From Candidatus Margulisiibacteriota bacterium (lineage in GTDB: Bacteria > Margulisbacteria > WOR-1 > O2-12-FULL-45-9 > XYB2-FULL-48-7): a stretch of 64,000 nt of DNA. Where the stretch lies: contig JBAZKJ010000002.1 of assembly GCA_041650855.1 (NCBI GenBank), positions 69,076 to 133,075 of the forward strand, written 5' to 3'. Below are positions 18,411-27,053 of the stretch, piece after piece (positions within the stretch are counted from its first letter, which is position 1; each line of letters begins with the position of its first letter). Below the pieces are notes generated by a model. It saw nothing but the letters and a program-made list of their open reading frames with translations, did no database searches and was not told the DNA's origin. A program made the translations under genes and the position numbers.

Positions 18411-20109
18411 ATTCCTGCCGGTCAGTAAGGAGGAATTCGGCGGCCAGCTCGACGTCATCATCGTTACCGGCGACGCTTATATCGACCATCCTTCGTTCGG
18501 CCCGGTCCTGATCGCCCGCTACCTGGAGGCGCACGGCTTCAGCGTCGGGCTCATTGCCCAGCCGGACTGGACCAAGGACGCAGACTTCTTAAAGCTGGGA
18601 AAACCCCGTTTGTTCTTCGGTGTTTCGGCCGGCAACCTCGATTCAATGGTGGCGAACTACACTGCCGACAAGAAAGTCCGCCGGACCGACATGTACACGC
18701 CCGGCAATGTCGGCGGTAAACGGCCCGACCGAGCGACTATTGTCTACACCAATAAGCTCAAAGCGCTTTTCCCTGGCGTCCCTGTCGTCTTGGGCGGAGT
18801 GGAGGCGAGCTTAAGGCGCTTTGCTCATTATGATTACTGGGATGATAAGGTGCGCAGGCCGCTCTTGTTCGACGCGAAAGCGGACTACTTGGTCTATGGA
18901 ATGGGCGAAAAAGGGATATTAGGCATTGCCAAGGGGGAGAAGGCCGGCAACACCGCCATTATCGAAAAGGATATATCAGGATATCCGGATGCTTTAGTTT
19001 TGCCCAGCTATGAAGAAGCGGCGGCGGATAAGAAGAAGTATGCCGAGGCGTTCAAGTTATTATACACGGAAGGGCGGAAGAAGAAGCCGCGGACGATCAT
19101 CCAGCCGTGCCAGGGGCGGTATGTCGTCGTCTTCCCGCCGGAAAACCTGAGCGCCAAAGAGCTGGACGATCTGTTTTCCCTGCCTTTTGCCCGCGCTCCG
19201 CATCCTGCTTACAAAGAACCGATCCCTGCCTGGGATTTTGTCCGTTTCTCGACGGTTTCCCACCGCGGCTGCTTTGGCGGCTGCTCGTTCTGCGCCATCT
19301 CCCAGCACCAGGGGAAATACATTACCAGCCGGAGCCTCGGCTCGATCAAAAAGGAGATCGGCGCTACGATGCTCAAAGACCCCGGCTTCAAGGGGAACAT
19401 CCTTGACGTCGGCGGGCCGACGGCGAACATGTACGGGATGGAGTGTGCCAGGGCAGGGGGGTGCACCCGGGCTAGCTGTAATTATCCGACGGTCTGCAAG
19501 GATCTGAAAGTTTCGCTCAAACCGGCCATTGGTCTGCTCAAAGAGATCAGGAACATCCCCGGCGTGAAAAAGCTGTTCATCGGTTCCGGGATCAGGTACG
19601 ACCTGGCGCTGCTCGACGACGAATATATGGAAGAGCTGGTCAAACACCACGTCAGCGGGCAGTTAAGCGTCGCCCCGGAGCACATTTGCGAAGAAGTGCT
19701 GCTGATGATGGGGAAGCCGAAGGCGGAAAAATTCCTGGAATTTAAAGAGCGCTTCGAGCAGTTAAGCCAAAAGCACGGCAAGAAACAGTTCATCGTCCCG
19801 TATTTTATCTCTTCCCACCCGGGATCGACGCTCAAGCATGCTCTGGAGTTGGCTTTATTTTTGAAGAAAAACAGGATCAGGGTCGAACAGGTGCAGAACT
19901 TTACCCCGACGCCGCTGACCGTCTCGACCTGCCTGTATTACACCGGCCTCGATCCGTTCACCGGCAAGACAGTCCATATTCCCAAGGGGGAAGAGCGCAG
20001 TTTTCAGAAAGCGCTCCTCCAGCCGCAGCTGGCCAAGAACTATCGTTTAGTGGCAAAAGCGTTGAAAATGCTTAAGCGGGAAGATTTGCTTAAGACCCTG
20101 ACCAAGTGA
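18403..20109 (+). CDS. ygiQ: YgiQ/UPF0313 family radical SAM protein
   Basis: VTGDAYIDHPSFG, GNLDSMV, GGVEASLRRFAHYDYW, HRGCFGGCSFC, GGPTANMY, QVQNFTPTP. Confidence 0.92.
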   Translation: MPKFLPVSKEEFGGQLDVIIVTGDAYIDHPSFGPVLIARYLEAHGFSVGLIAQPDWTKDADFLKLGKPRLFFGVSAGNLDSMVANYTADKKVRRTDMYTPGNVGGKRPDRATIVYTNKLKALFPGVPVVLGGVEASLRRFAHYDYWDDKVRRPLLFDAKADYLVYGMGEKGILGIAKGEKAGNTAIIEKDISGYPDALVLPSYEEAAADKKKYAEAFKLLYTEGRKKKPRTIIQPCQGRYVVVFPPENLSAKELDDLFSLPFARAPHPAYKEPIPAWDFVRFSTVSHRGCFGGCSFCAISQHQGKYITSRSLGSIKKEIGATMLKDPGFKGNILDVGGPTANMYGMECARAGGCTRASCNYPTVCKDLKVSLKPAIGLLKEIRNIPGVKKLFIGSGIRYDLALLDDEYMEELVKHHVSGQLSVAPEHICEEVLLMMGKPKAEKFLEFKERFEQLSQKHGKKQFIVPYFISSHPGSTLKHALELALFLKKNRIRVEQVQNFTPTPLTVSTCLYYTGLDPFTGKTVHIPKGEERSFQKALLQPQLAKNYRLVAKALKMLKREDLLKTLTK

Positions 20110-20135
20110 TAAAATTACCGTAAGAGGTGAGGGAT

Positions 20136-20741
20136 ATGGTTAAGAAAGCGAAAAAAACCAAGAAGGTCGCCCGGAAGGCGAAGCCGAAAAAGAGCAAGAA
20201 GATCGCCAGGAAAGCCAGAAGTAAGGCAAAGGCGAAGATGCCGGTTAAGTCGAAGGAAAAACTCCTGGGCTTGATCGACCACTACTTCGATAAGATCTCC
20301 GTCGCGGCGATCAGGGTCAAAGCGCCGTTCAAGGTCGGCGACGTCATCCACATCATGGGGCACACCACCAATTTTTACCAGCGGGTCGATTCGCTGCAGA
20401 TCAACCGCCAGGAGATTGCGCGGGCCAAAAAAGGGGACGACGTCGGGCTGAAGATCAAAGATTTTGTCCGGGACACCGACAAGGTTTACCTCGGTTCCGA
20501 GAAAGACCTGGCCGCCCAGCCGCGGACCTCGGGGATCATGATCAGCAAGCCGACCGGACCGAAAAAGCCGATCTACCAGACCTCGATCTTCAAACAGGAA
20601 GAAAAAACGTTGTACAAACCGGCGCCGAAGCCGGTCGTCCAGCCGCAGCAGCCGATAACCGCGGCTCCGCCGCCCCCGCCGCCGCCTAAAAAACCGGATA
20701 AACCGGACCCGTATTCGAACACGCGGTTCTTTAATTTTTAG
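20136..20741 (+). CDS. Hypothetical protein: Lys/Ala-rich N-tail, EF-Tu domain II-like barrel, Pro-rich C-tail
   Basis: SD GAGGTGAGG before ATG 20136; core HYFDKISVAAI..KVGDVIHI.GHTTNFYQ.VDSLQI....AKKGDDVGLK. Confidence 0.75.
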   Translation: MVKKAKKTKKVARKAKPKKSKKIARKARSKAKAKMPVKSKEKLLGLIDHYFDKISVAAIRVKAPFKVGDVIHIMGHTTNFYQRVDSLQINRQEIARAKKGDDVGLKIKDFVRDTDKVYLGSEKDLAAQPRTSGIMISKPTGPKKPIYQTSIFKQEEKTLYKPAPKPVVQPQQPITAAPPPPPPPKKPDKPDPYSNTRFFNF

Positions 20742-20776
20742 CGTATTTAGGCCAAAAAAGTAAAAACGGTTGGGGC

Positions 20777-20805
20777 TTGAAATCTGCCGGTTTTTCCGCT
20801 ATAAT
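20777..20805 (+). promoter_or_regulatory. Sigma70 promoter of proS-pur run
   Basis: TTGAAA-17 nt-TATAAT. Confidence 0.65.
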
Positions 20806-20838
20806 TACTCCTGTCAGATGGGGAGGGTGCTGAGCTAA

Positions 20839-22533
20839 ATGAGAATGTCTCAGGTGGTGGCGCCGACGCTCCGGGAGGATCCGGCAGAGGCGGAGGTAGT
20901 TTCCCACAAATTAATGCTGCGCGGAGGATACATCCGCAAAGTAGCCGCTGGAGTCTACACATTTTTACCCCTCGGTTTCCGCGTCCTGAACAAGGTCGCC
21001 AACATTATCCGCGAAGAGCTGAACCGGGCCGGGGCCCAGGAAGTGCTGATGCCGACCCTCTTGCCGGCCGAGCTCTGGCAGGAGACCGGGCGCTGGAACA
21101 TCTACGGCAAGGAACTTTTCCGCATCAAGGACCGCCATGACCGTGAGTTTTGCCTGGGTCCGACCCACGAAGAGTGCATTACCGACCTGGTCAGAAACAT
21201 CGTTAAATCGTACAAGCAATTGCCGGTCAACCTATACCAGATCCAGACCAAATTCCGGGATGAAATTCGCCCCCGCTTCGGGTTAATGAGAGGCCGCGAA
21301 TTCGTCATGAAAGACGCCTATTCGTTCCACACCAGCCAGGAATCGCTCGACCAAGAGTACCGGAACATGTACGACGCCTACTGCCGGATCTTCGACCGGC
21401 TCGGCCTTAAATACCGGGTCGTGGAGGCCGATTCCGGCCTGATCGGCGGCGGGTACTCCCAAGAGTTCATGGTCCTGGCCGAGACCGGCGAAGAGGAGAT
21501 CTTCCATTGCTCGCATTGCGACTATTCCGCGAGCCGCGACTCGGCCGGCGTCGGGGAGTATAAAGCCCCAGGTACCAGGGGCCAAGTACCCGGGACCCAA
21601 GAGGTCGCGACGCCTAACGCCAGGACCGTGGAAGAAGTCAGCGCCTTTCTCAAGATCAAGCCGGCCCAGCTGATCAAGACGCTGATCTACGAGACGGAAA
21701 AAGGGCCGCTGGCGGCGCTGGTCCGCGGCGACCACGCCATTAATGAGGCCAAACTGAAGAAAGTCGCCGGGGTGGACGAGCTCCGCCTGGCGAACGCCGA
21801 AACGATCAAGAAAGTGACCGGCGCGCCGGTCGGTTTTGCCGGCCCGGTCGGTTTAAAAGGGGTCAGGATCGTGGCCGATAACGCGGTCGAATTGATCGCG
21901 GACGGCGCTTCCGGCGCTAACAAGGCCGACTACCACGTTGTGAACATTGTCTACGGCCGGGATTACAAGGCGGAAACGACCGGCGACCTCCGTTACGCGG
22001 TGCACGCCGATAAATGCCCGCGCTGCGCGGAGGGGAAGTTCGAGGTTTCCCGCGGGATCGAAGTCGGCCACATCTTCAAGCTGGGGACTAAATATTCCGA
22101 CAAGATGCGCTGCGTTTATCTGGACGAGAACAACCAGGAAAAAGTGATGATCATGGGGTGCTACGGGATCGGCGTCAGCCGGACGGTGGCCGCCGCGATC
22201 GAGCAGAACCACGACAAGGACGGGATCATCTGGCCAATGCCGCTGGCCCCCTTCGAGGTCGCCGTGGTGCCGGCCAATACGGCGGAAAAAGAGCAGGTCG
22301 CGGTCGCGGAAAAGCTTTATCGCGACCTGGCGGCCGCCGGGTTCGCCGTCCTGCTCGACGACCGGGAAGACCGGCTCGGGGTCAAATTAAAAGATATTGA
22401 CCTGATCGGCATCCCGTACAAAGTGATCATCGGCAAGGCGCTCAAGGAAGGTAAAGTGGAGATCAAGTCGCGGCGGACCGGCGAGACGGTCCTGACCGAA
22501 CCGGCCGGCGTGGCGGCTAAGATAGGGAGATAA
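20839..22533 (+). CDS. proS: Prolyl-tRNA synthetase (bacterial type with INS editing domain)
   Basis: SHKLMLRGG, LGPTHEE, RDEIRPRFGLMRGREF.MKDAY, GIEVGHIFKLG, MGCYGIGVSR. Confidence 0.97.
   Translation: MRMSQVVAPTLREDPAEAEVVSHKLMLRGGYIRKVAAGVYTFLPLGFRVLNKVANIIREELNRAGAQEVLMPTLLPAELWQETGRWNIYGKELFRIKDRHDREFCLGPTHEECITDLVRNIVKSYKQLPVNLYQIQTKFRDEIRPRFGLMRGREFVMKDAYSFHTSQESLDQEYRNMYDAYCRIFDRLGLKYRVVEADSGLIGGGYSQEFMVLAETGEEEIFHCSHCDYSASRDSAGVGEYKAPGTRGQVPGTQEVATPNARTVEEVSAFLKIKPAQLIKTLIYETEKGPLAALVRGDHAINEAKLKKVAGVDELRLANAETIKKVTGAPVGFAGPVGLKGVRIVADNAVELIADGASGANKADYHVVNIVYGRDYKAETTGDLRYAVHADKCPRCAEGKFEVSRGIEVGHIFKLGTKYSDKMRCVYLDENNQEKVMIMGCYGIGVSRTVAAAIEQNHDKDGIIWPMPLAPFEVAVVPANTAEKEQVAVAEKLYRDLAAAGFAVLLDDREDRLGVKLKDIDLIGIPYKVIIGKALKEGKVEIKSRRTGETVLTEPAGVAAKIGR
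21567..21601. repeat. Period-7 tandem patch in proS
   Basis: CCCAGGT ACCAGGG GCCAAGT ACCCGGG ACCCAAG; encodes PGTRGQVPGTQ in the linker before the INS domain. Confidence 0.7.
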
Positions 22534-22537
22534 GCAA

Positions 22538-23842
22538 ATGTGCGGTATTTTCGCGGTCTCGGCGGCTAAAGAAAATATTTTAGACGACCTTTTTCTGGGG
22601 ACTTTTTACCTCCAGCACCGGGGGCAGCAGTATTGCGGCCTGTCCACCTACGCGGGCGACGGGATCAAGATCCGGACCCACCGCGGGCTGGTCCGGGCGA
22701 CTTTTACCGACGACCTTGGCGGGCTGGAGGGGCGGATGGGGATCGGCCACGCGGCGCTCAAGGACCGGCAGCCGATCAAGCTTGATTCCAAGATGGGGGA
22801 GTTCACCATCTGCTTCGAGGGGAACATCATTAATCTGGCCGAGCTGACCGACGAATTGAAGAAACAGGGCCATTCGTTCTACACCACTTCCGACATCGAA
22901 GTGATCGCCAAGCTGATCGCCCAGGGGGACGATTTCGTTTCCGGGATCGAATATATGGCGGGGAAGATCCGCGGCGCCTACGCCCTGCTTATCCTCTCCC
23001 GCGGCAAGATCTACGCCGCCCGCGACAAGCACGGGTTCCGGCCGATGATCATCGGCCAGAAAGAGGGGGCGGTGGCGGTCACTTCGGAATCGTGCTCGTT
23101 CGTCAACCTCGGCTACAATATCGTCCGCGACGTCAAACCGGGCGAGATCCTGGAAATAGAGGACGGCGAGTTCAAGACGGTCAAGGTCCTCTCTTCCGAC
23201 CTGATCCAGTACTGCACGTTCGAGTGGGTCTACACGGCCAACGTCGCCTCGACGATCGACGGAATGGCCGTCGATATCGCCCGGCGGAACCTGGGCGCTT
23301 GCCTGGCCCGGCGCTACCCGGTCAAGGCCGACATTGCCTGTGCCGTGCCCAATTCGGGGATTGGCCACGCGATCGGCTACTCCCAGGAATCGAAGATCCC
23401 GTTCGACAACGTTTTTATCAAGTACGATTACGCCAGCCGGAGCTACACCCAGCCGACCCAGGCGGAGCGCGACCGCGAGGCGAAGATCAAGCTGATCCCG
23501 GTCCCGGCCAAGATCGAAGGGCGAAAAGTGGTGATCTGCGACGATTCGATCGTCCGCGGCACGCAGATGAAGAACGACCTGGTCGTGAAACTGCGCAAGA
23601 ACAAGGTCAAGGAGATCCACGCCATGATCGCCTGCCCGCCGCTCAGGGCGCCGTGCCTTTACGGGGTCGCCACCCGTTCCAAAAAGGAACTGGTCGCCCA
23701 CGAAAAGACGGTGGAACAGCTGCGCGAATATATCGGGGTCGACGGCCTGGCCTATGCCACGCTGGAAGACCTGAGCCAGTCGATCGGCAAACCGCTGGAA
23801 CAGCTCTGCACTTCCTGCTGGACGGACGTTTATCGCGTATGA
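22538..23842 (+). CDS. purF: Divergent amidophosphoribosyltransferase paralog (PurF-like)
   Basis: N-terminal Cys (MCGIF), QHRGQ, DDSIVRGT PRPP loop and four Fe-S Cys present; GHVRY is replaced by GHAAL and HNG by FEG. Confidence 0.85.
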   Translation: MCGIFAVSAAKENILDDLFLGTFYLQHRGQQYCGLSTYAGDGIKIRTHRGLVRATFTDDLGGLEGRMGIGHAALKDRQPIKLDSKMGEFTICFEGNIINLAELTDELKKQGHSFYTTSDIEVIAKLIAQGDDFVSGIEYMAGKIRGAYALLILSRGKIYAARDKHGFRPMIIGQKEGAVAVTSESCSFVNLGYNIVRDVKPGEILEIEDGEFKTVKVLSSDLIQYCTFEWVYTANVASTIDGMAVDIARRNLGACLARRYPVKADIACAVPNSGIGHAIGYSQESKIPFDNVFIKYDYASRSYTQPTQAERDREAKIKLIPVPAKIEGRKVVICDDSIVRGTQMKNDLVVKLRKNKVKEIHAMIACPPLRAPCLYGVATRSKKELVAHEKTVEQLREYIGVDGLAYATLEDLSQSIGKPLEQLCTSCWTDVYRV

Positions 23843-25227
23843 AGGAATATTGCGGCGTCTTCGGGATCTATAATTTCGCGCCGGATTCGCCGGCCAAGTC
23901 GGTCTACTACGGGCTGTACGCCCTGCAGCACCGCGGCCAGGAATCGGCCGGGATCGCGGTCTCCGACGGCAAGGATATCGGCCACCACAAGGGGATGGGG
24001 CTGGTCAACCAGATCTTCAACGAAAAGAACCTCTCCGCGCTGAAAGGGACGCTGGCGATCGGCCACGTCCGCTATTCCACCACCGGTTCGTCGGTCATGG
24101 AGAACGCCCAGCCGATCGTGATCGATACCCGCTACGGCCCGATCGCGGTCGCCCACAACGGCAACCTGGTCAACGCGGACGACCTGCGGCAGCAGCTCAA
24201 GGACAAGGGGATCAGTTTCGTCGGCACGACCGATTCGGAAGTGATGGCGGCGCTGATCGCCACTTCCAAGAAACAGGAGCTCGAGGACGCCTTAGTCGAC
24301 GCGCTCAAGCAGTGCAAGGGGGCGTTCGCCCTGCTGGTGATGACCCGTGACAAGCTGATCGCCGTGCGCGATCCGAACGGGATCAGGCCGCTTTGTCTCG
24401 GCCGGCTGGACAAATCGTACCTGGTCGCTTCCGAGACCTGCGCCCTCGACATGCTCGGCGCCCAGCACGTCCGCGACGTGGCCAACGGCGAGCTGATCGT
24501 GGTCGATCAGGACGGCGTCCGGTCGCGCACCTGGGAAATGGCGGAGCGGGAAGCGCTCTGCGTTTTCGAGTACATCTATTTCGCCCGGCCCGACAGCGTA
24601 ATGCACGGGCGCAACATCTATGAAGCGCGCTACAACATGGGGAAATACCTGGCCAAAGAGCACCCGGTCGACGCCGACATGATCATGCCGGTGCCCGAGT
24701 CGGGCGTCCCGGCGGCGATCGGTTTTTCCGTCGAATCGAAGATCCCGTACGGCGAGGGGTTGATCAAGAACCGCTACATCGGCCGGACGTTCATCCAGCC
24801 GAGCCAGGAGATCAGGGACCTGGGGGTCAAGATCAAACTGAACCCGATCCGCGACGCGGTCCGCGGCAAGAAAGTCGTCGTGATCGACGACTCGATCGTG
24901 CGGGGGACCACTTCGCGCCAGATCGTCAAGCTGGTCCGGGAGGCGGGCGCCCGCGAGGTCCACATGCGGATCTCCTCGCCGCCGACGCTCAATTCCTGCT
25001 TTTACGGGATCGACACGCCGACCCGGGCGGAGCTGATCGCGGCGAACCTGTCGGTCGAAGGGATCCGGAAGTACCTGGAGGCGGACTCGCTCGGCTATCT
25101 TAGTTTAAAGAATTTGATCCGCTCGATCAGCCTGCCGAGCAAGAACCTGTGCCTGGCCTGTCTCAACAGCGAATACCCGGTCAAAGTGCCGGAGCGGATG
25201 GAATCATTAAAACTGTTCTTTAAGTAG
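23839..25227 (+). CDS. purF: Amidophosphoribosyltransferase (canonical)
   Basis: ATG 23839 (MKEYCGVF) overlaps upstream TGA; QHRGQESAG, GHVRYST, HNGNLVN, GRTFIQP, DDSIVRGTT, CFYGID, CLAC. Confidence 0.95.
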   Translation: MKEYCGVFGIYNFAPDSPAKSVYYGLYALQHRGQESAGIAVSDGKDIGHHKGMGLVNQIFNEKNLSALKGTLAIGHVRYSTTGSSVMENAQPIVIDTRYGPIAVAHNGNLVNADDLRQQLKDKGISFVGTTDSEVMAALIATSKKQELEDALVDALKQCKGAFALLVMTRDKLIAVRDPNGIRPLCLGRLDKSYLVASETCALDMLGAQHVRDVANGELIVVDQDGVRSRTWEMAEREALCVFEYIYFARPDSVMHGRNIYEARYNMGKYLAKEHPVDADMIMPVPESGVPAAIGFSVESKIPYGEGLIKNRYIGRTFIQPSQEIRDLGVKIKLNPIRDAVRGKKVVVIDDSIVRGTTSRQIVKLVREAGAREVHMRISSPPTLNSCFYGIDTPTRAELIAANLSVEGIRKYLEADSLGYLSLKNLIRSISLPSKNLCLACLNSEYPVKVPERMESLKLFFK

Positions 25228-25237
25228 GAGGTGACTG

Positions 25238-25435
25238 GTGATGGGGGATGCGTGTTTTCCGAAATGCGAGAAATGCGAAAAGGGCGTGTTGGTCCCGCTG
25301 TCCGATTTCAGCAATAACGCGGTCGCGATCAAGTACAAAGCGTGGGCCTGCACCAACAAGGATTGCCGGTTCTTTATCGTGCTGCGCGGCGGCGACGTTT
25401 ATTACGGCACCGCGACGGCGGAGGCCGCCCGTTAA
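25238..25435 (+). CDS. Small Cys-rich (Zn-ribbon-like) hypothetical protein
   Basis: Strong AGGAGGTGA SD; CxxC...CxxxxC; fills the gap between purF and purM. Confidence 0.75.
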   Translation: MMGDACFPKCEKCEKGVLVPLSDFSNNAVAIKYKAWACTNKDCRFFIVLRGGDVYYGTATAEAAR

Positions 25436-25467
25436 GGGGCGGGAAATCAGTTTGAAAGAGGTGAACA

Positions 25468-26451
25468 ATGATCACATATAAACAAGCCGGCGTTGATATC
25501 GAGGCCGGATACGAGGTTGTCAAACGGATCAAGAAGGTCGCCAAGGGGATCGGCCTGTTCGGCGGGCTTTTTCCCTTCGGCAAATACTACCTGGTCGGCG
25601 CGACCGACGGGGTCGGGACCAAACTGAAGCTGGCGTTCATGCTCAACAAGCACCACACGGTCGGGATCGACCTGGTGGCGATGAACGTCGACGACGTGGT
25701 GGCGATGGGGGCCAAGCCGCTCTTTTTTCTCGATTACGTCGCTTTGCACAAGGTTGACCCGAACCTGGTGGAAAAACTGGTCAAGGGGATGGTGGAAGGC
25801 TGCAAGCAGGCGGACGTCGAGCTGGTCGGCGGCGAAACGGCCGAGCTCTCCGATCTGTACCAGAAAGGGGAGTACGACCTGGCCGGGTTCGCGGTCGGCA
25901 TCGTGGAAAAGAGCAAGGTCATCAACGGAGCGAAGATCAGGGAGGGGGACAAGATCATCGGCCTGGCCTCTTCCGGTCTGCACAGCAACGGTTACACGCT
26001 GGCCCGCAAGGTCATTTTTGAGCAGGCGCAGATCCAGCCCAAGGACAAGCTCGACGGCTTTGACAAGCCGATCGGCGAAGAGCTGCTAACACCTACCCGG
26101 ATCTACGCCGGGCTGCTCCTGGAAATGATCAAAAAGTTCAAGATCAAGGGGATCGCGCACATCACCGGCGGCGGCCTGCCGGAAAACCTGGGGCGGGTCA
26201 TTCCGCCCAAGCGCCAGGCGGTGATCGAGCTCAATTCGTGGCCGATCCCGAAGATCTTCCGGCTGATCCAGCGGCTGGGGGACGTTGACCACGAGGAGAT
26301 GTACAAGACGTTCAACATGGGGATCGGCATGGTCCTGGTGGTGGAGGCGAAACAGGCCGACCGGATCATGGCTTACCTTAAGAAGAAGAAAGAGACCGCT
26401 TACGTCATCGGCGAGATCGGCAAGGGGAACCGGGAAGTTATTATAATCTAA
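25468..26451 (+). CDS. purM: AIR synthase
   Basis: YKQAGVDI, TDGVGTKL, GIDLVAMNVDD, GGETAE, SSGLHSNG, HITGGG, TFNMGIG. Confidence 0.96.
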   Translation: MITYKQAGVDIEAGYEVVKRIKKVAKGIGLFGGLFPFGKYYLVGATDGVGTKLKLAFMLNKHHTVGIDLVAMNVDDVVAMGAKPLFFLDYVALHKVDPNLVEKLVKGMVEGCKQADVELVGGETAELSDLYQKGEYDLAGFAVGIVEKSKVINGAKIREGDKIIGLASSGLHSNGYTLARKVIFEQAQIQPKDKLDGFDKPIGEELLTPTRIYAGLLLEMIKKFKIKGIAHITGGGLPENLGRVIPPKRQAVIELNSWPIPKIFRLIQRLGDVDHEEMYKTFNMGIGMVLVVEAKQADRIMAYLKKKKETAYVIGEIGKGNREVIII

Positions 26452-27053
26452 TGCTCAAGCTGGGGGTTTTGATCTCGGGCAGAGGCTCGAACCTGCAGGC
26501 GATCATCGACGCTTGCGAGGCGGGGAAGATCCCGGCTAAAGTGGCGGTCGTCATCAGCAATAATCCCGACGCCGGCGGGCTGGAACGGGCGAAAAAACAC
26601 AACATCCCGGCGGTCGTGATCGACAACCGCGACTTCCAGGATAAGAATACCTACGAGTTGGAGATCGTTAAGACCTTGAAAGAGCGCGAAGTCGGCCTGG
26701 TTTGCCTGGCCGGCTACATGAGGATCGTCGGTGAGGTGTTGCTGGAACATTTCCCGGAGCGGATCATCAACATTCACCCGTCGCTTTTACCGTCGTTCCC
26801 CGGCTTGCACGCCCAGCGGCAGGCGCTGGACCACGGCGTGACGGTGACCGGCTGCACCGTCCATTTTGTCGATTCCGGGTGTGATACCGGGCCGATCATC
26901 GTCCAGTCGGCAGTCCCGGTTAAGGAGAACGACACCGAAGAGACGCTCTCGGCCAGGATACTGGAACAGGAGCACCACATTTATCCGTTGGCTATTGAGT
27001 TTGTCGCCAAAGATAAACTTAAAATTGATGGCAGAAAGGTAAAACTAAAATGA
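26451..27053 (+). CDS. purN: GAR transformylase
   Basis: ISGRGSNLQA, LAGYMRI, NIHPSLLP, GCTVHFV, DTGPII. Confidence 0.96.
   Translation: MLKLGVLISGRGSNLQAIIDACEAGKIPAKVAVVISNNPDAGGLERAKKHNIPAVVIDNRDFQDKNTYELEIVKTLKEREVGLVCLAGYMRIVGEVLLEHFPERIINIHPSLLPSFPGLHAQRQALDHGVTVTGCTVHFVDSGCDTGPIIVQSAVPVKENDTEETLSARILEQEHHIYPLAIEFVAKDKLKIDGRKVKLK

Noticed and set aside
23092-23838. N-terminal extension of the 711-aa ORF 23092..25227
   Set aside because: It is an alternate frame over the first purF; the real second purF starts at ATG 23839 with a short propeptide before Cys1
25468-26451. PurM and BioH (41943..42563) shorter than model proteins, possible pseudogenes
   Set aside because: Catalytic motifs are intact and the frames are uninterrupted, consistent with loop trimming
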